A stretch of 64,000 nucleotides of DNA from Paecilomyces variotii. Its lineage: Eukaryota. Below the pieces are notes generated by a model that was given only the letters and a program-made list of their open reading frames with translations, was not told where the DNA came from and made no database searches. Position numbers and translations under genes: made by a program. This document shows, in pieces, positions 54,277 through 64,000 of the stretch; within the stretch, counting starts at the first letter, position 1; the number at the start of each line of letters is the position of its first letter. Location: NCBI GenBank assembly GCA_004022145.1, contig RCNU01000006.1. One strand, written 5' to 3'.

Positions 54277-55389
54277 GGTTGATTTCTCAAGACTCTTGCG
54301 GAGAGAGGGGTCGTAAAGGTGACTAGATCGGGGGCTGAAAGAGAGAAGATAGAGTGATAATAATATGGTCGGATCGATGAGTCGCTGTGATTAGCGAAAG
54401 AGTGACGGAGGGAAGGTTCTTTTGTAGCAGATCAGGAGTTGTGGTCGGGAAGTTGCGTGTACTGTACACTCAGGCAGACAACAGTCATTGTATGGTCGGG
54501 ACAAAGATTTAATGTCAGCATCGCATGGAGCGCGCAGTGGGGACAGCGCAGATAAGGCGACACCGACAGAGGTAATAACGACAAGAGAATAGCTCAGTAA
54601 GCTGATGGACTTCTAACCTGCTCGCCAGCTTGTCGAGATGTGCAGGAAGACAGTCTGGAGATGATGTGGTTAGCGGCCTTGCCCGGATGACGTTTGCAGC
54701 CCTGACAGCTTGTTGGCCACTCGCCTTGTCACTAGCAAGTTAGTTATTAGTTACTAGTTATTAGTTATTCTCCGAAACAGAGGGAATGCACTTCAGTTTC
54801 AGGGAGCTTCTGCATGCCAGAGCCTTGTCTCTGTCATTACCTTTCATCCTATCTTAATAGTGCTGGCAGTATTAATTACCCCTCAGAGCGGGCTTCTTCC
54901 GTAACCCGAAGCGGTCAACGGCCACGAGGCTACTAGGAGGAATGGCTGCTCCCAAGCCAGTCCGACACATTAAGGGCCTTTCTCACTGGATCCTTCTACT
55001 AATGTTCCGGGAAATAGAGTGTTTCATCTTCATCTGAGGCCACCCTCAAATAGACTACTCTCTACGCACGGTACCAGCTGTGGCTTGTTTTCAGGTGGAG
55101 TGAAGACAACATACCACAGGCCAAGAAACAAGTGAGGTATCAAGGCAAAGAAGACTAATCAAACATATCATTCATTGGCTTAGCAGACGGCTCGTGATAC
55201 TATTTAGACAGATCATGACTATGCCAACAAACATCAGGCTGTCGCAAACGGGAACATTCATGGAAATAAGAAACGCCATTCAATGCCATAACAGCAGCCA
55301 ACAGGACGAGCATTATTATGTACGGGTGAGAAGGGAATCGACACGCTGCACAGTAGATCCATCAATAGGCAATAGGCAAGGAGGTCGCA

Positions 55390-56140
<751 letters not shown>

Positions 56141-56557
56141 AGCGACAAGGTATGGCGATGGAACACGGCAGAACAAAGACTGTAAAAGGGTCCCGGCAAG
56201 ACGATCGATAGCAGCAACAGGGCCTGACAATGTAATTCTCCCAGATGATCGCGTGGTCGGATGACAGCGGGAAGACAACAGAGACTCTTCTTTGAGCTGC
56301 CAGACTTATCGAGACCGCAAACCGGAAAGACCAACATGTGGCGGTGCAGCCAGTGACGGACGCCAAGAACTGTGGCGGTTGCTCCCGCAACGGTTAAGGC
56401 GTCAACACCAGAGGCGATCGAGATAATAGCATCTTTGCGATTCTACTAGGCTGATCGATTACACCCCGCGCTCTCTTCTCCACTGAACGAGAACACTATT
56501 TGATTCCCGTCACAAGGTCACCATATCTCAGCAAACAAATTGAAAAAATCCGCCAAA

Positions 56558-57346
56558 ATGTTGCTCGACGAGGATCCCGCGACAGTATGTTATGCCCTAC
56601 AAGATTCAGTATCAAAGAAGAGACCATAGCGGTATCCGAAATGGGGACTCGCATCAGGGAATTATCAATGATGATGCTGATATGCTTCCCAGCTAATTCA
56701 CCACACGATCGGCAACTTCAACATCCAGCCGGATAAGCTTGCCGTGACGCGCATCACCGACTCTCTCTCGACGATGCAGCAGTCGCGTGAGCTACGAATC
56801 CGTGAAGCCGAATCAGCACTGCGCAAGCTCTCTCGGAATCTGAATGCGATGGCCGCACACCACGAGGAAACAGTTGCTGCTCATGACTCCGCCAAACATG
56901 CCGCGCAGATTGTCGAGTTAGATACGAAGAAGTTCCGCATCGCGAAAGCCGCTTCCGAGCTGGAGATCGAGAGCGAGAGACTCGAGGGTGAACTGGAGAT
57001 GTTGAAGGATCGATTGGCAGAGTTGGAGTCTCAGGGACTCGAGGGTGATGAGGCCGCCAGGAGAGAGAGGGAGGCTGAAGACGCGACATTGTACGTGTTA
57101 TACCATCAACACTACGCGCGTGGTGTTATTGTTCTGCAACTTTGGACTAACTGTATTCTGTGTTGCAGACTCCGTCTCAAAATCTACCGATCGCTTGGTA
57201 TTGATGTCGAGGCCGACGAGGCAGGCAACTATAACAAGGCCATCATCCGGAACAGCCGCAAAGGCGACGTACATGTCGTCAATATCGACTCAAAATTCTC
57301 ACGGTTCTTCTACGCGAATTACTTCTGGTCTACGATGCAAGGATGA
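56558..57346 (+). CDS. SPC24: Ndc80-complex kinetochore protein Spc24; exons 56558-56584, 56693-57090, 57169-57346
   Basis: MLLDEDPAT|LIHHTIGNFNIQPDK, coiled coil, LRLKIYRSLGI..SRFFYANYFW globular C-terminus. Confidence 0.9.
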
Positions 57347-57791
57347 ATTGGGACATCGTGTTTCTGCTCGGCGTTTTGTCTTCAAGGAGTATCTAGGATA
57401 TCTGGCAGGATACCACTTTGTGCATGGGAGTGCTTGTTCATGGCGTTAGGGCGCTCGCATTGAAATGATTCTATGAAATATACCTTAATGTCGCTTCTGC
57501 TGTTATCTTGCATTAATGGTTGAAGAGAATATATGATGTGATTACATAAATACAATTATCTTATCCAGCTGTACATACACTGTCAATCAAGAGGTCACTA
57601 AAATCCATATTTCAGACTTTCAGACCTTAAAACGAACCACAACGAAAGACGAACATGTGAATACATATTAACCCGAGGCTTGAAATCGAGTCCTATACAT
57701 CTTCCCTTTCACATCATTGATACAACATCTCCATCTCCCCCGACTTCAGCTCAAACAAAAAGAATAATCACACCGACATCAACAAGATAAT

Positions 57792-58347
57792 TTACTCCCT
57801 CGCGACAAACGCCGCATAAGCCTGAAGCAGACCACTAACCCCGACCGCTACAGTTGCCTGCTTGATTCCATTCTTCTTATACCACACCGCACTCGCCCAG
57901 AGCAGCAGGATATTCAACGCCGCGATAGCCTTGTCAATCGGATCGGTCAGACGGCCCGTGTTAGTTTTGGACCAGCGGTAATTGACCAACGCTAGGAGGG
58001 GGGGGAACATAGTTAGTATGGTTATAGGCCTTGATGGCGATGATGATGATGATAAAGGGAGGGGGGGGGGAGGATATTTAAGAGGACATACACATGATGA
58101 GGAAGAAGACACTTCCCTGATACCAGCCAGCTCGAGCATACGCCTGGATAGTTTTAGGAAGGTTCTTGAATTGTACATTGGAGGTCCATTCTCGAGCTAG
58201 GTGCTATTTATTTGTTTCGTTTCCATCGTCAATTAATTGATGCGTTATATATATGAATGTGCTCGTTATTGGACGTACAGTATGCCCTGCCGACAGGAGA
58301 GCGAAGACGGCCGTGTTGATTTGATAGCCTCGCACAGCGGACACCAT
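57792..58347 (-). CDS. Small multi-pass membrane protein of unknown function; exons 58347-58279, 58203-58092, 57991-57792
   Basis: MVSAVRGYQINTAVFALLSAGHT|HLAREWTSNVQF..AGWYQGSVFFLIM|SLVNYRWS..; hydrophobic helices and canonical introns. Confidence 0.8.
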
Positions 58348-59612
58348 AGTTCAGAGATGATTTTCTAGGATATCTAGGGCGGATGGTATGTGAGAAGTAG
58401 AAATGATCGATTAGGCAGCGTGTTATATACCTGGTAGTTGGGTTACTGGGGCCTCGATAAGATATTGAGCTGGGACTGGAAAGACTAGATAGTAGTATTT
58501 GTAGGCGATCCGGTCGTACTGGTAGAAAGCTACATTATTAGGTTCGCGACCTCTGCGGGGCGATGATCGTCTAATTATACCGGGTGATATTGGCAGACCG
58601 GATACCTAAAGTTCCACCGCCGCAGTAAATTAAGTTGATGGGGATTGTCAATCTAACGGTGACAAGCGCCTGGGTCTTCATCAGGAGTTATACATTCGAC
58701 CCCGGGGCTTGTATTTGCGGAGAGTAGTGTCTTCTGAAACAGCGGATGGAAAATGGACAAGCAAATCAGGAACCTTTAAGGATGGTTCAATATGGGGTAG
58801 ATGCATGTCCAGTGCGGGGAAGAGCTTCTTTCCCCGGATTCACCCCTATTGTAGAGTGATCGCCGCATGGCGCATTAAAAAGTGCTAGCTTAATACGCTG
58901 CCACACACAGCAGAACAGGCATATTTCATATAGAGGGTGAATTGCCGCTGTCAGAACATTGGATAGGGCTATCTCATAACGAAGCCGTGTCAGATTGAAG
59001 GAGCCCTCCCGCAGCTTAGATGAATAGCGTCATAAAAGCTGACTCTTCATAACGACAGGAGACAGTTGACTACAGTAGGACGAGGATTTTCACAATTCTC
59101 GCTTACCGTATGACGATTCCACCTTGTGGTGCAGTTGTTCGGGAACTGTGACAAGCTGTGGAGCAGCGCGGGGTCCAATATCTCGTATAACTGTTGGCAC
59201 AGGTCTCGATTAACAAGCTTCCAGATCCCAGCAACGGCGGTGAGTTATACCACTGCATCATTTGGAGGACCATGCGGGGTATAAATCCTTGGTCCTGGAT
59301 AAGCTGGATAAGATGAGGCTTGCAGACAATCGGCACGGTTCCGATCTTGTATGCAGAAAGAAGCGGGTTGGGCCTCTCCTAGAGTCTGAACGCTCTCGCC
59401 ATTCCATAGCGCTACCCACACTTAGCATGGGGCATTGGGAAGGCGTCATTGCAGCTGATAGAGCATCAAGATTTTAACTGTAGTAGTTACGCAGCGTGAT
59501 AGTGACGCCAATCAACACGCGCGAAGGCACGTATATCTGATCTCAAACGAGATCAAGGGACTGATTCCAGGGGCGGGCGGGAAGTTGGAGATTGTAGCTC
59601 TCAGTCAACTGC

Positions 59613-60500
59613 TCATTTCTCAGCCCTTCTGGCTCGAACTGCCAGAGACATCCCACCAACGGCCTCGGGGAACATAGCTTGCACTTTCTCCAGCAGCTTC
59701 ACCTTTCCATTCTCGGATGTATCCTGGCACTCCCAAGTAGCCAGCCATTGCGCTTCGATCCTTGACATTTCCCCCTCAACGCTGTCCATATCAGGCAACG
59801 GCTCACCATCCCATGTCAAGCTTATCTCTTTCAGAACCGGCTGAGCGGAGTGCCCTCCGTATTGAGTTTCAACCCCCAATGCCGCCAGCCCGATGTCCTC
59901 TGCCTTGCCATTCCACAAAGCTTGCCGAAGAACCCCATCACGCTCAATCATCATCCAGAGAAGCGGATAGCTGCTCTTTGATATGGCGTCTCTGACACCC
60001 TTGGTTGCCTCCCGTGGGCTAATCAAAATCCCCAATTTATCGCTCGTCCTCCAGCCCACCGGCGAGTGTCGAAACGCCCCGTCTAACTCGCGGACGAGGT
60101 TCGGGCCCAGTTTTGTCTTGAGCGCTTTGCACTGAACGATAACACGGAGTGCCTGATCCCTCTCCGGGAGGTGCCAGGTCCCAACTAGGTCAGTGCCTGC
60201 ATCATCGCGTCCGCCTACGCGGTGGAGGTCGAATGCGAAGCGGCGGAGGCTTTGGAGAACAGTGTATTCATAGTGTGTCCCGACATAGGTTGTGCTGTCT
60301 TCCGGCAGGCCAGTTCTTTGGGCATAGGAGACGAATGAATCGAGGCTATCGTGCCTCTGCGATGATGCTCGAGGTGGTGTTGGCAGATTGAAGAGTCGAC
60401 GTGTGAACGGACTAAGTTGGAAACGAGCGGAGCATCGTGAGAAGGATCGGTACTGAAATGGCGGGAAGATAATGCGGACACGACCAGGTCCCAGCGTCAT
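59613..60500 (-). CDS. RRG7: Required-for-respiratory-growth protein 7-like (DUF2034, restriction-endonuclease-like), probably mitochondrial
   Basis: STTYVGTHYEY, RVGGRDDAGTDLVGTW, IVQCKA..GPNLVRELDG; Arg-rich presequence-like N-terminus. Start is 60500 or 60530. Confidence 0.82.
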   Translation of the reverse strand: MTLGPGRVRIIFPPFQYRSFSRCSARFQLSPFTRRLFNLPTPPRASSQRHDSLDSFVSYAQRTGLPEDSTTYVGTHYEYTVLQSLRRFAFDLHRVGGRDDAGTDLVGTWHLPERDQALRVIVQCKALKTKLGPNLVRELDGAFRHSPVGWRTSDKLGILISPREATKGVRDAISKSSYPLLWMMIERDGVLRQALWNGKAEDIGLAALGVETQYGGHSAQPVLKEISLTWDGEPLPDMDSVEGEMSRIEAQWLATWECQDTSENGKVKLLEKVQAMFPEAVGGMSLAVRARRAEK

Positions 60501-60822
60501 ATTACTATAAATCTGAAAGTATCGCAGCATGCATTTCCGTAGTTGACTCAAAGGCAGAAAGTTCGCAGACAAGACAGCGGACAACGGAGCTGGTAGACCG
60601 CGGCAGTTAAAAGTTAGCCTCCAAGCTCCTCCGCGCCGGAGCTCCAGTTCATCTCCGTCTAATATCAAATCTCTCCTACCACACCTTGCTAGAGCTATCG
60701 TTGGTCACTTTCTAGACCAAGTTCCAAAAGGAGGAGTATTTATCCTCTTACTCTCCTACCGCGCTTGATCCCTACAGAGCATCATACATCTAGTCCATTA
60801 CTCTCGATTCCTAACCTCCATC

Positions 60823-61456
60823 ATGGCGGACATCCTAACGCAGCTCCAGACCTGTCTGGACCAAGTACGTAACCTCCTCAGCCTAATTACTTTTCTTCTT
60901 CCTCACAAACCCAGCTAACACCATCCTCTACTTCTCCCAGCTCGCAACCCAATTCTACGCTACCATCGGCTACCTCAACACCTACCACGACCACTCACCC
61001 GCAATCCCCCCATCCAACGTCCCCGACGCAGCACCCCAACTCGCCAAAATCCCCAAAAACCAACACGCGGCCCCCGTCCCCGCTACAGCCGCAGCACAAG
61101 CAAAAGCCGCTGAACAAGCCTCCCCTCCTCCAGCAAACGCCTCCGCGGCCAACGACCCCAACGCGCCCCCACCCCCCGATTCTCCACGCACGTTCGCGGC
61201 GCGACAGCGCGAACTGGCCCGCGATCTGATCATCAAGGAGCAGCAGATCGAGTATCTGATCAAGGAGTTACCGGGTATTGGGTCGTCGGAGGAAGAGCAG
61301 GAGAGAAGGATACAGGAGTTAGGGAGGGAGTTGAGGGGTGTAGAGGAGGAGAGGGAGAGGAAGGCGCAGGAGTTGAAGGCGTTGGGACGGAGGTTGGAGA
61401 AGGTCCTGGGGGCGATTGAGAAAGGGATCTATGGGGATGAGATTCCTGGGAGGTGA
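60823..61456 (+). CDS. MED21: Mediator subunit Med21 (Srb7); exons 60823-60864, 60941-61456
   Basis: [26 protein letters not shown]...[30 protein letters not shown]; absent from the ORF track. Confidence 0.95.
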
Positions 61457-62305
61457 ATCATATCACAGAGCCAGGGCATACGAGGATAATCTCTGCACGT
61501 TGTGGACTTTTGGGGACTTTGAGCCTTGGCTGGACGGTGATTTGGTTGTTATTTGCTTAACGTCTCGTAATGATTCAATGAGACAATACATGATACCCTA
61601 TGTGGAGTTACGATAGATGCCTCCTTGCTAGTGGCTTCTTCGGGGCGTTCAGGAAATGACCCCCTCACTGCTGCTACATCTATATCTTGATCTCGAAGGA
61701 AGCCTACACCAAAAGAAAGACAAAAGCCATAGGCACCAATTTCATTCAAAGATCTAACCATAATGCTGTCGTTAAGTCAAGAATCGATTCAACATGCAAG
61801 CGTGAGTTTAAAATCTCTCTGTCTAGGTACGGGCCTGTTTCCCGTCCTGTTTTGCGGACTCGCGTCCGATGTTCTGTCTTTAGATATGAGATGTCGAAAG
61901 TCGGGATTATAAAAAGAAACAACGAGATCTCTGTGGAGAAGGAAATTAGAAAGGCCGTAAATCGGCGAAAAGGAATCACAGGTCGATAGTGCGTCACGAT
62001 CCGTGTCATCAGACTTGCGTCCTGCTGATATGGCAGTGCTGCAAGAGAAACGGCATAAAGGACATAAATATGCTCCAAATCAAAAGTCTAATAAAGTATA
62101 GAAGGAAATGCAATTGTATATGGAAAATCAAACCAACCCAATAAATATCATGGGCCCCTGGGTATCTCTAAAATGTGCCGCCCACACCCGTTTCCTCCGG
62201 TAAACGCCATGGCCAATGTCCGGAAAGGATTGTAGATCAGAAAATGGGTATCATATGCAGGAATATGGTTCCCTGCCGGTGAATGAGACTAATATAGAAT
62301 GCTCA

Positions 62306-64000
62306 TCACTTGAACAAGCTTCTATATTCCCTCATGCGTTGTTCTTGAACCTCCTTTTTGTCTATCTTGCCCCGATTCATGCTCATATCCGCCAGCTGCT
62401 GTTTTCTCTTTGCCAGCTCGGCGATCTTCTCTTCGATACTATCCTTCATGAGAAACTGGACGGTGGTCACTTCGCGCGTCTGGCCAAGTCGGTGTACACG
62501 ATCCACAGCTTGAGCAACAGCAGCTGGATTGTACTGTGGTTCCATGATGTATACCTTCGAAGCCGAAGTCAGATTCAGACCAACGCCACCAGCACCGATG
62601 GTTGCTAGCAAAACAGTGATACGATCGTCATCTCTGAAGGTGTTGAGAGCTTTGTTGCGTGCCGCCAGAGACATTGTACCATCCAGGCGAGTGTATCCAG
62701 TTATGCCGTTGTCGTTCAAAGCAATCTCAATCAAGTCTAGATGCGAAGTCCACGCAGAGAAAATAACGCTTTTTATAGGACGCTCGTTCTCTCCGAGCGT
62801 CTTATTCTCTTCCACCGTATCGAGCAGATGCGAAATTAAAGCCTTCGTTTTTGTATGCGGACCCTCGTATTCACCAAGACTCTTGGCATGCTTGCGACTC
62901 TGCTTCGCCTGCGCCTGTGTCTCCCAGTATTCCTGGAATCCGAGGGGCGTGATAGTGGAATACGCAGAAAGGATCCAGCCCTCGCAAACTGGACACCGGA
63001 TTTGGTTGACGGAAGAGGAATCAGACTGGCCATGGAGGAATTCCTCCCACGAGGAGAAACAGTCCGTGCAGACGACGTCGAAGCAAGGAAGCACCACTGC
63101 TATAGGTGCCGTCTTGTCAATAGCACCTGTCTCGGTGTATTTCTCTTCCAGATGTTTCCCGCAGCTCGCACATATGTCTGCTGATGAGTCTTGCATCAGA
63201 GCGAACATCTCGTAAGCCTTTCTATCCATTGCAGCGGGAGGGTCATTGGTCCCTTCTTCCAAATCGATAGCATCATGGGCACTCAATCCTTTGATCCTCT
63301 CGCGGTCCTCCTTATCAAGCAGCTCCTTTCCATGGGCACTGACCTGACGCAGGATCATCATTGCCTTCAGCACGTGGTGATACATGCGCCCGCCCATCTT
63401 CGTCTTGCTCTCGCCGGCAATAACGTTCATCATCACGTTGGACTCCCTCTTGAAAAAATCATGGAGTTCTTTCTCCTTGTCAGAGAATGTTAGAGTAACG
63501 ATCTTATCGTGCCTAGGTGGAATGTCAATCTTGTCCTTCACCCGACGAAGAGTAAATGAGTCCACAAGCACGCGCAGACTGGCTAACACGTTCGCATCCC
63601 CAGACTTGAATTTGCTTAGAATAGCAGCAGAGAAGGTGCTCCTATCATCATAAGGAAAGAGACGAAGGAACTTAGTGACTGATACGAGATCCTCCAGTCT
63701 GTTCTGAATAGGCGTTCCAGTAACGGACCAACGACGCTCGGCGTTCAATCGAAGTATAGCTTGTGTCTGCGCAGCGTTTTGCTCACGGATCGTGTGTGCC
63801 TCATCGAGAACAATGCGGAACATATTCATCTTAGTCAGTGGACTCACCCCTCTCCTAGAACCCCTCCGAGAAAGCTCGCTGAGAACAATGCTGTAAGTTG
63901 TAATGACAAGATCATACTTGGCAAGTTCCTCGACATCAGTGGTCCTCGAAGGCCCATGAAAGACGTAATATGAAATCGCGCCTTCTGTAAGATGCTCCTT
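62306..64000 (-). CDS. SNF2-family helicase/ATPase with internal RING (Rad5/HLTF-like); 5' part lies beyond the window
   Basis: VITTYS, IVLDEAH, VTGTPIQN, RING-like CxxC..C..CxxC..CPVC, RLDGTMS, GGVGLNLT, QAVDRVHRLGQ. Confidence 0.93.
   Translation of the reverse strand, partial: KEHLTEGAISYYVFHGPSRTTDVEELAKYDLVITTYSIVLSELSRRGSRRGVSPLTKMNMFRIVLDEAHTIREQNAAQTQAILRLNAERRWSVTGTPIQNRLEDLVSVTKFLRLFPYDDRSTFSAAILSKFKSGDANVLASLRVLVDSFTLRRVKDKIDIPPRHDKIVTLTFSDKEKELHDFFKRESNVMMNVIAGESKTKMGGRMYHHVLKAMMILRQVSAHGKELLDKEDRERIKGLSAHDAIDLEEGTNDPPAAMDRKAYEMFALMQDSSADICASCGKHLEEKYTETGAIDKTAPIAVVLPCFDVVCTDCFSSWEEFLHGQSDSSSVNQIRCPVCEGWILSAYSTITPLGFQEYWETQAQAKQSRKHAKSLGEYEGPHTKTKALISHLLDTVEENKTLGENERPIKSVIFSAWTSHLDLIEIALNDNGITGYTRLDGTMSLAARNKALNTFRDDDRITVLLATIGAGGVGLNLTSASKVYIMEPQYNPAAVAQAVDRVHRLGQTREVTTVQFLMKDSIEEKIAELAKRKQQLADMSMNRGKIDKKEVQEQRMREYRSLFK

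Overview
Gene-dense, intron-containing chromosome segment from a filamentous ascomycete. GT..AG introns with CTRAY branch points and the gene content suggest Eurotiales; this is inferred, not searched. Splice models were built by hand. Left to right: two tandem hypothetical genes (the first has a PD-(D/E)XK-like motif), IMP dehydrogenase with a snR54-like C/D snoRNA in intron 2, NUDT19-like Nudix hydrolase, RPS21, PheRS alpha, group III hybrid histidine kinase NikA/Os-1, fused tryptophan synthase, developmental regulator MedA with ~10 kb of gene-free upstream DNA, a small hypothetical gene, an MDR oxidoreductase, an orphan ORF, a GYF protein, an Egt2-like PLP lyase, an RNF126-like RING-H2 ligase, FIS1, SPC24, a small membrane protein, RRG7, MED21 and the 3' part of a RING-containing SNF2 helicase. 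No rRNA, tRNA, CRISPR or recognisable transposon was found. The most notable observation is that medA appears to start at a GUG in strong context, which would add a spliced 52-codon extension ahead of a weak-context AUG. Other points of interest are the intronic snoRNA, a nikA uORF with a leader intron, probable peroxisomal or dual-targeting signals, and the nuclease-like gene pair.
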